DNA of 64,000 nt from an uncultured Clostridium sp. Lineage in GTDB: Bacteria; Bacillota; Clostridia; TANB77; CAG-508. Positions 10,391 through 22,592 of the stretch are shown here, in pieces (positions within the stretch are counted from its first letter, which is position 1; every line of letters starts with the position of its first letter). The stretch is taken from positions 28,984-92,983 of the forward strand of contig CAMMDS010000002.1 of assembly GCA_946495655.1 (NCBI GenBank), given 5' to 3'. Under the pieces are notes generated by a model. The model saw nothing but the letters and a program-made list of their open reading frames with translations. It was not told the DNA's origin and did no database searches. The position numbers were made by a program, and so were the translations under genes.

Positions 10391-12253
10391 TTATTTTTTC
10401 TTAACCTCTTCAAATCTTTTAATCTTCATTGTAGTTGTTTTAGCAAATTCATCATGCTTTATTTCTAACTTTTTAATAGCTTTATATGAAGTTAAGCTTT
10501 TATTTACTTCTTTTATTTTTTCCCAAATAATTTTGTAGACAGCATCTTCATCTAAATCTTTTCCATATTTTTCTTCTATTTCTTCATAATTTGGAATTAC
10601 TCTAGCTGTAATAATTAATTCTTTCTCACCTTCAACTTCTTTTCCATATACCATACATTCTTTAATTTCCGTATGTTTTGAAAGTAATAATTCTATTTCT
10701 TCTGGATATATATTTTTTCCGTTTTGCGTTACTATTACATTTTTACTTCTTCCAGTAATATATAGGAATCCTTCTTTATCTAAGTAACCAACATCTCCTG
10801 AATGGAACCATCTTTCTCCATTTTCTTCAAATATTGCTTCTTTTGTAGCTTCTTCATCTTCATAATATCCAATCATCAAAGTTTTACTACTGATTAATAC
10901 TTCTCCTTCACCATTTTCATTTGGATTATCTATTTTTAATTTTGCTCCAACAACAGCCTTTCCAGCTGAGCCTACTCTTGGCTCAAAATCAGGTGTTAAA
11001 GCTGCAATAGGTGCTGTTTCCGTAAGTCCATATCCTTGTAAGAAAAGAATTCCTATATCCTCTACCCATTTACCTATTTTAGCATCGATTGGTGCAGCAG
11101 CAGAAACTATAATTCTTATTCTTCCACCAAGATTTTCATATATTTCATTAAATACTTTTCTTTTTATATCTATACCAACTGCTTTTAAAGCATTTGTAAC
11201 ATGTATCATTGAATTTACTAAACCATCTTTTTTACTTTTCTTTATATTAGCATTAATCTTTCTATATAGACTCTCAACTAATAATGGAACTGTTAAAAGT
11301 GCTGTTGGTTTTGTTTCTTGTAAATCTGATACAATGTGCTTTAATCCCTGACAAACACTAATAGACGCTCCAACACCAAAAGGTAGTAAAAATCCTATAG
11401 ATGATTCATAAGTATGATGTAATGGTAAAATTGACATTAATCTATCATCTGGTGTTAAATTTACATATGCTGTAGCTGCATTAACATTTTCAGCTAAATT
11501 TCTATAACTTAGCATAACCCCTTTAGCGTTTGATGTAGTTCCTGATGTAAATATTAATACTCTAAAAGTATCAGGCTCTACTTCTATACTCATAAAGCTA
11601 TTATCTCCACCATTTACTAAAGCTTTACCTTCTTCTATTAAATAATTTAATCCTACAAATCTTCCTTCTATTTCTTGATCTGAATTCATTTGTATAAAGT
11701 ACTTTACCTCTGGTAAATTATCAGATATTTTCTTTATTACATCTGCTTTTTTAGTAGAAAATATTACAGCAGATGCTTTTGCTCTTTTTATTACATTTTC
11801 TATTTCATTTTCTGGAAGTTCTTTATCAACTGGTACTGCAATAGCTGCGCCACAAAGCATAGTCATATATGATAAATACCAATGATGTGTATTTTCTCCT
11901 ATTATAACTATTCTTGTATCTTTAAGGTCTAGTTTTCTAGTTAATGCTGTACCAAATCCTATTACTTCATTTTTAAATTGGTTATATGTAATTTCTGTCC
12001 AATCCCCTTTTGGATTAAATTTTTCAAGTAGTAATGTTCTATCTGCATATTCTTTAGATGAATTTATAAATATCTCTTTAATTGTTGTAAAATGTGTACC
12101 TTCATAATTCTTTTTTTCTTTCTTTTTTTGATTTTCTTCTACTTTTTTAATTTTGTCATAGTCTACTTTTACTTCATCAATCTCAGATAAACCTTTCATA
12201 TTAAATTTTGGAAACTTGAAATCTGGTATTTTAAAATCTTTTAATATTCTCAT
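10391..12253 (-). CDS. Long-chain fatty acid--CoA ligase / AMP-dependent synthetase
   Basis: AMP-binding motif TSGTTSNAKGVMLS, YGLTE, C-terminal ligase domain. Adjacent TetR regulator. Confidence 0.85.
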   Translation of the reverse strand: MRILKDFKIPDFKFPKFNMKGLSEIDEVKVDYDKIKKVEENQKKKEKKNYEGTHFTTIKEIFINSSKEYADRTLLLEKFNPKGDWTEITYNQFKNEVIGFGTALTRKLDLKDTRIVIIGENTHHWYLSYMTMLCGAAIAVPVDKELPENEIENVIKRAKASAVIFSTKKADVIKKISDNLPEVKYFIQMNSDQEIEGRFVGLNYLIEEGKALVNGGDNSFMSIEVEPDTFRVLIFTSGTTSNAKGVMLSYRNLAENVNAATAYVNLTPDDRLMSILPLHHTYESSIGFLLPFGVGASISVCQGLKHIVSDLQETKPTALLTVPLLVESLYRKINANIKKSKKDGLVNSMIHVTNALKAVGIDIKRKVFNEIYENLGGRIRIIVSAAAPIDAKIGKWVEDIGILFLQGYGLTETAPIAALTPDFEPRVGSAGKAVVGAKLKIDNPNENGEGEVLISSKTLMIGYYEDEEATKEAIFEENGERWFHSGDVGYLDKEGFLYITGRSKNVIVTQNGKNIYPEEIELLLSKHTEIKECMVYGKEVEGEKELIITARVIPNYEEIEEKYGKDLDEDAVYKIIWEKIKEVNKSLTSYKAIKKLEIKHDEFAKTTTMKIKRFEEVKKK

Positions 12254-12285
12254 TAATATTCACTCCTATTTTTTCCTTTTATTTT

Positions 12286-12870
12286 CTATGCACGTAGCTT
12301 TTTTAAAAATAAATTATCAATTTCTTCAAATAATTTTTGTACATCTACTTCTTCATGTTTCATTTTATATATAAAGCTAGAACAAGTAAATCCAAAAATT
12401 CCAGATGCTATTATATCTGCATCTTTATTTACTATTTCTTTTTTCTTTATTCCTTCTTTCACTATTTCTTCTATCATTTGTATATATTCAAATACATATT
12501 TTTTACACATTTTACTTCTTTCATCATTTCCCCAAATTTGGCTTAAGATGATTGTCATAAAATTTTCATATTTAAATAGTATTTTTATTTGTATTAATAC
12601 AATAGCTCTTATCTTGTCTAATGAATTATTCATTTTTGCAGTTTTTATACTTATACTGTTTTTTAGAAGTTTTACACCTTCATCAACTAAAAAATTAAAA
12701 ATTTCTTCTTTACTAGAAAAATGATAATATAATGTTCCTTTTGCCACACCAACTGTAGCAGTTATTTCTTCTATACTAGTTGCATCATAACCTTTGTCTG
12801 CAAATAATTTCATAGAAGTTTCAAATATCTTTCTTTTAGTTTTATTCATATAATTCACCTTTAAATACAA
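12286..12870 (-). CDS. TetR/AcrR family transcriptional regulator
   Basis: N-terminal HTH TSIEEITATVGVAKGTLYYHFSSKEEIF. Confidence 0.85.
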   Translation of the reverse strand: MYLKVNYMNKTKRKIFETSMKLFADKGYDATSIEEITATVGVAKGTLYYHFSSKEEIFNFLVDEGVKLLKNSISIKTAKMNNSLDKIRAIVLIQIKILFKYENFMTIILSQIWGNDERSKMCKKYVFEYIQMIEEIVKEGIKKKEIVNKDADIIASGIFGFTCSSFIYKMKHEEVDVQKLFEEIDNLFLKKLRA

Positions 12871-12932
12871 ACTATATTAATTATATAATTTATTAAGAAA
12901 ATATGCAAGTATTTGTTCTGTTTTTGACCAAC

Positions 12933-13077
12933 TTGAACAAAAGGGACTACTGCCTTTTGTTCAAAAAGTTGAAAATCTGGGACACTCCTCTAGTTTCTGT
13001 TTTTATAATAAACTTTTCGTAAGGAGTGTCCCAGAAGTTTAAAAACTTGAACAAAAAGGAGTGTCCCTTTTGTTCAA
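12933..13077. repeat. Composite palindromic element family C: hairpin TTGAACAAAAGGGACTACTGCCTTTTGTTCAA, inner inverted repeat TGGGACACTCC...GGAGTGTCCCA, then hairpin TTGAACAAAAAGGAGTGTCCCTTTTGTTCAA
   Basis: The second hairpin is essentially identical to 783-813. Same architecture as the element in the serS leader (26910-27039). Confidence 0.55.
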
Positions 13078-13090
13078 GTCCAATTAATTT

Positions 13091-14095
13091 CTATTTTCTT
13101 CTATCTAATGTATCTAAATTATCTAATGCTTTACCTGTTCCTAAAGCAACACATGAAATAGCTTCTTGAGCAATCATAACATTTATTCCAGTTTTGGTTT
13201 GTAATAATTTATCTAGTCCATCTATTAAACATCCTCCACCAGTCATATATATTCCTCTATCGCTAATATCTGCTGCAAGTTCTGGTGGTGTTTTTTCTAA
13301 TACAGAGTGTACGCTATCAACAATAAGCATTGCTGGCTCTATAAGGGCTTCTAACATTTCACTAGAGTGAATAGTAACATTTTTTGGTAGTCCTGTTACT
13401 AAATCTCTTCCCCTTATTTCCATTTCTGTATCTTGTATTTTTGGGTATACACAACCAATATTTATTTTTAAATCTTCTGCTGTTCTTTCACCAATCATTA
13501 TATTATGCTTTTTCTTTATATATTTTACTATTGCTTCATCAAATTTATCTCCTGCAACTTTTAATGATTCACTTACAACAGAACCCCCAAGTGATATTAC
13601 AGCTATATCAGTAGTTCCTCCACCAATATCAACTACCATATTACCACATGGTTTAGAAATATCAATTCCTGCACCAATCGCAGCAGCTATTGGTTCTTCT
13701 ATTAAAAATACTTTTCTTGCTCCAGCTTGTGATGCAGCATCTATAACTGCCTTTTTTTCTACTTCAGTAACTTGTGAAGGTATACAAATCATTATACGTG
13801 GAGAGAAAACGAATTTACCACATATTTTATTTATGAAATATTTAAGCATTTTTTCTGTTACTGTATAATTTGAAATTACTCCATCTCTTAATGGTCTTGT
13901 AGCAATAATATTTCCTGGAGTTCTTCCAAGCATTCTCCTAGCTTCTTTTCCTACTGCCAACACTTCTCCTGTGTTATTATCTACCGCCACAACAGATGGT
14001 TCTCTTAGTACAATCCCTTTACCCTTTACATATGCAATAACTGTTGCTGTTCCAAGATCTATTCCTATGTCTTGTCCCCACTTAAACATTTCCAT
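13091..14095 (-). CDS. mreB: Rod-shape determining actin homolog, MreB/Mbl family
   Basis: IGIDLGTATV, DIGGGTTD motifs; 334 aa. Confidence 0.85.
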   Translation of the reverse strand: MEMFKWGQDIGIDLGTATVIAYVKGKGIVLREPSVVAVDNNTGEVLAVGKEARRMLGRTPGNIIATRPLRDGVISNYTVTEKMLKYFINKICGKFVFSPRIMICIPSQVTEVEKKAVIDAASQAGARKVFLIEEPIAAAIGAGIDISKPCGNMVVDIGGGTTDIAVISLGGSVVSESLKVAGDKFDEAIVKYIKKKHNIMIGERTAEDLKINIGCVYPKIQDTEMEIRGRDLVTGLPKNVTIHSSEMLEALIEPAMLIVDSVHSVLEKTPPELAADISDRGIYMTGGGCLIDGLDKLLQTKTGINVMIAQEAISCVALGTGKALDNLDTLDRRK

Positions 14096-14281
14096 CTTTC
14101 CTTTCCAATATTTCAGTTATATTTCATTTTTGTTACATTTTCGTTACAATTATATTACATTTATTACAAAATAGCAAATACTTTTTAATAAAATTGCAAG
14201 AAAAAATTACCTTTTAATATTTATATTATATTAAAAGGTAATTAAATTATACATTTTTAGTTAAATTAATTTGTTTCTATT

Positions 14282-14707
14282 TTATTTATTTTCATCTGTT
14301 ACAGTTATATAGAATCTATCTATATCATCTTTTTTAAATTGTAATTCATATGTTTTTGTTTGCCCTAAAGTTAGATTTCCAATTTCAATATACTCTGTTC
14401 CAATTACATCATTATTTTCATTGCAGAGCATAAAACATAAATATTTGTTACTAACGTCTTCTTCGCTTTCGTTTCTAATTTCCCCTTTTATATAACCATT
14501 TACATTAGTAGCTTTAGCTTCACTAACTGTAACTATCGGATTTTCTGAAAGTATTTCATATGATGTAATATCATGATACATACTTTTTACAGCCAAAATA
14601 CTTCCAATTGTTACAAATGCAAATAATAATATAAACCAAATGAGCCATCTTCTTAAGTTTCTTGTTTGAATCCTTTGATCAATAAACCAAAAATCATCAT
14701 AACTCAT
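14282..14707 (-). CDS. Hypothetical membrane-anchored protein downstream of lexA
   Basis: Single N-terminal TM helix. No family recognised. Confidence 0.45.
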   Translation of the reverse strand: MSYDDFWFIDQRIQTRNLRRWLIWFILLFAFVTIGSILAVKSMYHDITSYEILSENPIVTVSEAKATNVNGYIKGEIRNESEEDVSNKYLCFMLCNENNDVIGTEYIEIGNLTLGQTKTYELQFKKDDIDRFYITVTDENK

Positions 14708-14731
14708 TTTATTTCATTCCTTTCATATTAT

Positions 14732-15409
14732 TTACATTTTTCTAAATACACCTATAACTTTTCCAAGAATTTTACAATCTGGAACTATAATTGGATCCAT
14801 TGTGCTATTTTCTGGTTGTAACCTTATATGGTCTTTTTCTTTATAAAATGTTTTTACAGTTGCTTCATCATCTATTAATGCAACTATAATTTCACCATTT
14901 TCAGCTACGTTTTGTCTTCTTACTAATATAAGGTCTCCATCTAAGATTCCTGCTTCTATCATACTTTCTCCGCTTACAACAAGCATAAAGCTTTGACTAT
15001 TTCCTACAAAATCTATTGGTATAGGTAATGTATCTGTAATATTTTCAACTGCTAATATTGGAGAACCTGCAGTAATTTTTCCAACTACTGGTACATCAAC
15101 CATTTCTTTTTTATTATAAAAAGCTTTTGGTGGTTCTTTACCAACTCTTTTAGGATTGTATAAGTCATCTTCTTTCTTTAGAACTCTTAAAGTTCTTCCT
15201 TTTTGATTTTCTTTTCTAATATAACCTAATTCTTCTAATTTTTTTAAGTAACAGTGAACTGTAGCTGTTGAACTTAATCCAACTGCTCTTCCTATTTCTC
15301 TAACTGATGGTGCATAACCATTACTTTGTATTTGCTTTGTTATATATCTAAGTATTTGTTTCTGTCTAGTTGTCAATTCTTTTGTATTTCTTTTTTCTCC
15401 TCTAGGCAT
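14732..15409 (-). CDS. lexA: SOS repressor LexA
   Basis: N-terminal wHTH, Ala-Gly cleavage region, S24 peptidase Ser/Lys (GESM...K). Confidence 0.9.
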   Translation of the reverse strand: MPRGEKRNTKELTTRQKQILRYITKQIQSNGYAPSVREIGRAVGLSSTATVHCYLKKLEELGYIRKENQKGRTLRVLKKEDDLYNPKRVGKEPPKAFYNKKEMVDVPVVGKITAGSPILAVENITDTLPIPIDFVGNSQSFMLVVSGESMIEAGILDGDLILVRRQNVAENGEIIVALIDDEATVKTFYKEKDHIRLQPENSTMDPIIVPDCKILGKVIGVFRKM

Positions 15410-15460
15410 CTAAATCCCCCCACATTTAAATTTTATACTATATTATCATACAAACAAAAA

Positions 15461-15500
15461 AATGTCAAACAAATTTTTGGATTTTGTTTGACATTTTTTA
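15461..15500. terminator. Bidirectional terminator after obg (TGTCAAACAAA...TTTGTTTGACA plus T-runs)
   Basis: 11-bp inverted repeat with U-tracts on both strands. Confidence 0.55.
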
Positions 15501-15503
15501 ATT

Positions 15504-17096
<1,593 letters not shown>

Positions 17097-17142
17097 GAAA
17101 TAGAAAATCTACACTGAACTGTAACTAAATCTTTTCAAAATT

Positions 17143-18153
17143 CTATTCAAAATAATCCAATCTCATTGCTTTCTTAACCTTTTTCATCGTTTCTTTTGCA
17201 GTTTTCCTTGCTTTTTCAGTACCTTCTATCAACAATTTGTCAACTAGTTCTGGTCTTTCCTCATAATATTTTCTCTTTTCTCTCATTGGACCTAAGAAAT
17301 CTATTATATTTTTAGCAAGTTCTTTTTTACAAGCTACACATCCTCTTGCTCCTGCTCTGCATTCTTCACATACTCTTTTATAATCATCTTTATTTGTAAA
17401 TAAATCATGGTAATATGCAACCATACAAATATCTGGATTCCCTTTATCATCTTTTCTAATTCTATTTGGATCTGTTACAGCACTCATAACCTTTTTAGTT
17501 ATTTCTTCAGGAGTATCAGAAAGATAAATAGCATTTCCTAAAGATTTACCCATCTTTTCATTTCCATCTAGTCCTTTAATTCTTTTTGCTGATGATAATA
17601 CCGCTTCTGGTTCAGTCAAAACTTCTCCATATATACTATTAAATTTTCTTACAATTTCTCTACATTGTTCAATTAATGGAAGTTGGTCTTCTCCAACTGG
17701 TACAAGTTCTCCTTCAAATGCAGTAATATCTGCTGCTTGACTTACTGGATATCCTAAAAATCCATATGTAACACTTTCCCCAAAAATTTCTCTTTTCTGA
17801 GCTATCTCTGTTTTTACAGTTGGGTTTCTTTCTAATCTTGCTATAGTAACAAGATTAGAATAAAATACTGTAAGTTCAGCAACTTCTGGTATCATTGATT
17901 GAATATATATTGTTGTTTTTTCTGGGTCTATTCCAACTGATAAATAATCAAGCATAACTTCTCTAACATTCTTCCTTACTTTCTCTGGATTATTAAAATT
18001 ATCTGTTAATGCTTGAACATCTGCAATTAAAATATATGGGTCATATTTACCAGAGTTTTGCATTTCTACTCTAGTCTTTAGTGAACCAAAATAATGACCT
18101 ATATGTAATCTTCCAGTTGGTCTATCACCTGTTAAAATTCTTTTTTTATCCAT
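17143..18153 (-). CDS. trpS: Tryptophan--tRNA ligase
   Basis: HIGHY and KMGKS class I motifs. C-terminal CxxC-x6-CxxC cluster. No leader region: the gene starts 14 nt after the upstream gene. Confidence 0.95.
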   Translation of the reverse strand: MDKKRILTGDRPTGRLHIGHYFGSLKTRVEMQNSGKYDPYILIADVQALTDNFNNPEKVRKNVREVMLDYLSVGIDPEKTTIYIQSMIPEVAELTVFYSNLVTIARLERNPTVKTEIAQKREIFGESVTYGFLGYPVSQAADITAFEGELVPVGEDQLPLIEQCREIVRKFNSIYGEVLTEPEAVLSSAKRIKGLDGNEKMGKSLGNAIYLSDTPEEITKKVMSAVTDPNRIRKDDKGNPDICMVAYYHDLFTNKDDYKRVCEECRAGARGCVACKKELAKNIIDFLGPMREKRKYYEERPELVDKLLIEGTEKARKTAKETMKKVKKAMRLDYFE

Positions 18154-18167
18154 GATTTTCCTCCTTA

Positions 18168-18458
18168 TTATTCAAATTTAATCCCATCTCTTTTTATCGA
18201 TTCTATAAGTCCTTCTTTTTCTAATTTACACATAAATACTATATCAATCATATATGGTATATCTAATAAGTCAAATGAATTAAGTATTTCAAATTGCTCT
18301 TTTTCACTAATATTTCCCTGTACTGCAAGGTCTAAATCAGAACCATTCTTGTAATCTCCTCTCGCTCTTGAGCCAAATACTATGAATTCATAATCCGAAT
18401 ACTTATCTATCACTTCTTTTATTTTTTTATATGATATTTCAGATAAACCGTATTTCAT
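18168..18458 (-). CDS. Minimal nucleotidyltransferase (MNT, Pol beta superfamily) domain protein
   Basis: GSRARGD...DLDL motif. 96 aa. No adjacent HEPN partner. Confidence 0.7.
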   Translation of the reverse strand: MKYGLSEISYKKIKEVIDKYSDYEFIVFGSRARGDYKNGSDLDLAVQGNISEKEQFEILNSFDLLDIPYMIDIVFMCKLEKEGLIESIKRDGIKFE

Positions 18459-18477
18459 AAACCCCCCTATATTATAT

Positions 18478-19324
18478 CTATTTTCCTTTTATTCTTCCTT
18501 TTAAACATAATGTTATAAAATATATAGCTCCTGAAATAATAACTATCATTGGTCCTGTAGGTATATTAAAGTAATATGATGCAATTAATCCTGCTATTCC
18601 TGAGAACAATGAAAATAGTACTGCACATAAATGATAGTTTCTCATATTTTTTGCAATATTTCTACTTGAAGCTGCTGGTAAAATTAATAATGAATTTATT
18701 AAAAGTATTCCAATCCATCTGATTGAAATCATTACAACTATTGCAATTAATATTGCAAATATGTTATCTATTTTCTTTGTTTTTATTCCTTTACTTTTCG
18801 CCAAAGTACTATTTATACTAATTAAATGTAATTTATTAAATGTAAAATACCAAAATACTAGTACTACAATTGCAATTAAAAATACATATAAAATTTCTTG
18901 ATCAGTAATACTTAAAATATCTCCTACCAAATAACTAGAATATTGGTTAAAGCTTCCTGTTTGAGCTAGAATTGCTAAACCTAATGCTATTGCTATTGAT
19001 GAAAACACACTTATAATTGTATCTGCTCCATATGTAGTTTTGTTTTTTACGTAATTTAAAAGTAGAGCAAATGCAATTGCAAATATTATCATACCTATAT
19101 TTAAATTACTTATTCCTAATAAACTTCCGTATTGCTATTCCAGTTAAAGCTGAATGACCTAATGCATCTGAGAAAAATGCCATTTTATTATTTACTATCA
19201 TTGTTCCTAATATTGCAAATATTGGTGATATTAAAATAATAGCAATCAAAGCATTTTTCATAAATTGATAATCTATAAATTCAAAAGGTAATATTGTTTC
19301 TAAAATAATATTTATTACTTCCAT
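18478..19324 (-). pseudogene. znuB: ABC-3 (ZnuB-type) metal transporter permease, disrupted by a frameshift (split into 72-aa and 204-aa ORFs)
   Basis: Reading ...ALTGIAI in one frame continues as GSLLGISNLNIGMIIF in the +1 frame around 19105-19125. A 1-nt indel near GCAATACGGAAG. Confidence 0.7.
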
Positions 19325-19340
19325 TTTTCCCCCATTTGTT

Positions 19341-20069
19341 TTAAGCTAATTCTCCAAATCTGTTCCTAAATTCTAAGCTATTAAACACTTCATCAGGTGT
19401 TCCTTCTTTAATTACTTCTTTGTCTAGTAGAATAACTTTGTCTGCATATTTTTTTGCTAAATCTAAATCATGAGATACAAGTATTATTGACATATCATAC
19501 TCTGATTTTAATTTACTAATGATATTATAGAATTCTTTTATTCCATTTCTGTCTATTCCAGAGACAGGCTCATCTAGTATAAGTAAATTTGGTGTTGGTT
19601 TTGTTGCAATAGCTATAAGTACACGCTGAAGCTCCCCTCCAGATAAATCTCCAATACTTTTATCAATTAATTCATCTGCTCCAAATATTTTTAAGTGTTC
19701 TTTTATTTCATTATATATTTTTTTATCTTTTCTTAAAAACACTGGTATGTGTGTAATACATGATGCAAATAAATCATATACAGTTGTTGGCATATGTTTT
19801 TCTACATTAATACTTTGTGGAACATAACCAATTTTTATCTTTTTAGTTATATTATCTTTTTGATCAACAAAAGAAATATTGCCAGTATGTGAAACCTCTC
19901 CTAAAATTGCTTTTAGAAGAGTACTTTTGCCTGCTCCATTACGACCAATAATAACTGTTAATTCTCCACAATGAATATGTATATTAACATCTTTTAAAAT
20001 TACATCGTTTCCTATTTTAACACTTATATTATTAATTTTAGTACAATGTAATCCACATGCTTTTTCCAT
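19341..20069 (-). CDS. znuC: Metal (zinc/manganese) ABC transporter ATP-binding protein
   Basis: Walker A GRNGAGKST, signature LSGGE, Walker B ILDEP. Confidence 0.85.
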   Translation of the reverse strand: MEKACGLHCTKINNISVKIGNDVILKDVNIHIHCGELTVIIGRNGAGKSTLLKAILGEVSHTGNISFVDQKDNITKKIKIGYVPQSINVEKHMPTTVYDLFASCITHIPVFLRKDKKIYNEIKEHLKIFGADELIDKSIGDLSGGELQRVLIAIATKPTPNLLILDEPVSGIDRNGIKEFYNIISKLKSEYDMSIILVSHDLDLAKKYADKVILLDKEVIKEGTPDEVFNSLEFRNRFGELA

Positions 20070-20086
20070 TCTTCCTCCCTTTAGTC

Positions 20087-20992
20087 TTAACTAAGTTCAT
20101 TTTCAATAATTTCAAGATTTTCTCTAACTCCGTCTATATACGCATTTTTATCTAAAGAACCTGTTAATCCTGAATTTAGCTCATATATTTTAGCCCCTGT
20201 TTCATTTGAAATTGTTTCTGCATTTGATTTATTATCGTTCTTATCAATAATAATCATATCTATTTGTTCTTCTTTCATTGTATCAATTGTAGTTTTTAGC
20301 ATCTCTGCAGAAATTGTACTTTCTTCATGATCTGTTTTAATAATTATCATATCTAACCCAAGTTCTTGTCCCATATATTCAAAAGCTTCATTTAAAACTA
20401 CTGCTTTTTTTCCTTTTAATTCTTGTAATTTTTCTAGATATTCGTTTTTTAAATCATTTAATTTATTTATATATTCATTAGCATTTTTTTCATATATATC
20501 GGCATTTTCTGGATTGCTCGCTTTTAATCCTTCAGTAATATTTTCAACCTGTATAATATAGTTTTCAATGCTTGTCCATACATGAGCATTTGTTTCATTT
20601 TCATCTGAAATTATATTTGTAATATTAGTACTTGAATCAACAACTGTCATATCATTATTTGATTCTATTACTTTATCTATGAAATTTTCCATTCCTAATC
20701 CATTTGAAATAAAGATATCTGCATTTTCTACATTTTTCATATCTTCAGTAGTAAGTGTATAATCATGTAAACATCCAACGTTTACATCTGCCATATTTAC
20801 AAGCTCTATATTAGATGCTCCTTCTGTTATGTTTTCTGCAATTATATACATTGGATAAAATGATGTAACTATTTTAACTTTCCCATCATTTATTTCTTTA
20901 TTTTTATTTCTATTTATATTTAAAACTACAATTACTGCTATAACTGCTACTATAGCTATTCCAATTAAAATATATTTTAAATATTTATTCAT
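20087..20992 (-). CDS. znuA: Metal ABC transporter substrate-binding protein (TroA/ZnuA cluster 9)
   Basis: N-terminal TM anchor. Conserved His/Asp/Glu metal ligands, e.g. HDYTLT and HVW. Confidence 0.8.
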   Translation of the reverse strand: MNKYLKYILIGIAIVAVIAVIVVLNINRNKNKEINDGKVKIVTSFYPMYIIAENITEGASNIELVNMADVNVGCLHDYTLTTEDMKNVENADIFISNGLGMENFIDKVIESNNDMTVVDSSTNITNIISDENETNAHVWTSIENYIIQVENITEGLKASNPENADIYEKNANEYINKLNDLKNEYLEKLQELKGKKAVVLNEAFEYMGQELGLDMIIIKTDHEESTISAEMLKTTIDTMKEEQIDMIIIDKNDNKSNAETISNETGAKIYELNSGLTGSLDKNAYIDGVRENLEIIENELS

Positions 20993-21152
20993 AATTTTAT
21001 CTTCTCTTTCAATTCATTTTATGTTTATATTTTTACTTAAATAAGTCTAATACAACTTATACAATGATACCATTTTTTAGAAGTTTTTTCAATATATTTA
21101 TGTAAATTAATCTCTGTAAAAAATTTAAAGGACTATCATTGAATGATAATCC

Positions 21153-22007
21153 TTATTTCATAATTTTTTTAATCTCATCCATATTTTCTTGGACTGCTCT
21201 ATACCCACACTCAAAACATTTTTCTATATTTTCTGTATCTAGCAATCCCATTTTTCCAGTATTTATATTTAATACAATATCACTTTTCTCTAAATTTTGT
21301 TCTGCAATCTTGCTTCCCATAATATCTATAGTTTTCATTACTATATCCATTAAATTACTTTCTTCATTTATTTCATCTCCATCAAATTTTACAGCTATTA
21401 CAATGTCTGCACCTTGTTTTCTAACTTCTTCAACAGGTACATTATCCAATGCTCCTCCATCTATAAATGCATGTTTTTCTATTGTACATGGATTAAACAC
21501 TGCTGGAAAACTGCTACTTGCTCTTACAGCTTCTCCTATTCCTATTTCACTTATATATTCTTTATCATTATTTAAACCCATTTGTGGAATGTAATTGGTA
21601 AAAATATATTCCTTGGAATCTTTTATATCAACGGTAGGAATTACTATTGGCATTTTTATATTACTAATTTTATCTATATTTTTCTTCATCGATAATTCAT
21701 TAAATACTTTTTCTATATTTTCACCATTTTTAAATCCCATTCCTTGCATTTTTTTACTTACTAAATTTCTTATTCCTTTAATTAATTTAAATCTTTCCTT
21801 TCCTAAAATTCTAGTAGAATTTTCTTTAAAACATTTACATATTTCTTCAGGTTTATACCCAACTGCATATAGACTTGCTACCATGCTACCTGCACTAGTT
21901 CCTCCTATTATATCTATTTTTATTCCATTATCTTCTAATGCTTTTAATACTCCTGCATGTGCAATTCCTCTCATTCCACCACCAGATAATGCTACTCCAA
22001 TTCTCAT
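21153..22007 (-). CDS. Patatin-like phospholipase
   Basis: GGGMRG oxyanion motif and GTSAGS nucleophile elbow. Confidence 0.85.
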   Translation of the reverse strand: MRIGVALSGGGMRGIAHAGVLKALEDNGIKIDIIGGTSAGSMVASLYAVGYKPEEICKCFKENSTRILGKERFKLIKGIRNLVSKKMQGMGFKNGENIEKVFNELSMKKNIDKISNIKMPIVIPTVDIKDSKEYIFTNYIPQMGLNNDKEYISEIGIGEAVRASSSFPAVFNPCTIEKHAFIDGGALDNVPVEEVRKQGADIVIAVKFDGDEINEESNLMDIVMKTIDIMGSKIAEQNLEKSDIVLNINTGKMGLLDTENIEKCFECGYRAVQENMDEIKKIMK

Positions 22008-22204
22008 ATGTATCTCTCCTAAAATATATTATGTATAGTATTGCCTGGTTTGTGAATTTTAAACAATCACTCCATAATTAATGTGATAATAAATGTTGCG
22101 ATTCACAACTTATTTAAAATATCTTGCGCTTTTTTATTATATTTTTACCAACTATGAATTGTATAATAACAAATATATTAATAGTTTGAGATACAACAAA
22201 AAAC

Positions 22205-22242
22205 CGCTATAGATTATTTCTATAACGGCTTATGTATAATTT
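22205..22242. terminator. Terminator downstream of rpsR (CCGCTATAGATTATTTCTATAACGG)
   Basis: Stem-loop followed by a T-run on the minus strand. Confidence 0.5.
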
Positions 22243-22257
22243 AATTTTTTATATTAA

Positions 22258-22542
22258 TTATTCAGCTGTATATGGTAATACTGCTATTTGTCTTGCTCTT
22301 TTTACTGCTAATGTTATATCTCTTTGATGTTTTGCACAAGCACCTGTTGCTCTTCTTGGAAGTATTTTTCCTTTATCATTAACAAATTTTCTTATTTGAT
22401 CAGCATTTTTATAATCTAATACTAAATCTTTATCTGCACATAAAGGACATACTTTCTTTCTCATTTTTCTAAATTTTGGATTATAATCATTATCAGAATT
22501 GTTGTTTCTATTATTTCTTTTATTCTTTTTATTATCTGCCAT
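22258..22542 (-). CDS. rpsR: 30S ribosomal protein S18
   Basis: Conserved S18 core CPLC...DYKN...[13 protein letters not shown]; N-terminal basic extension. Confidence 0.9.
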   Translation of the reverse strand: MADNKKNKRNNRNNNSDNDYNPKFRKMRKKVCPLCADKDLVLDYKNADQIRKFVNDKGKILPRRATGACAKHQRDITLAVKRARQIAVLPYTAE

Positions 22543-22592
22543 TGAACTTACCCCCTTTGCTATATTTTTTTATTTAATCACATTATCTTTAA

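Noticed and set aside
15410-15503. Searched upstream of lexA for a Firmicutes SOS (Cheo) box GAAC-N4-GTTC
   Set aside because: No convincing match. The only palindrome there is the obg bidirectional terminator.
21134-21148. 7-1-7 palindrome TATCATTGAATGATA upstream of znuA, considered as a Zur/Fur-family box
   Set aside because: The half-sites do not match Zur (TCGTAAT), Fur (TGATAAT) or PerR consensus. It is the centre of a longer 12-bp-arm hairpin AGGACTATCATTGAATGATAATCCT followed by a T-run on the minus strand, i.e. the patatin gene terminator.
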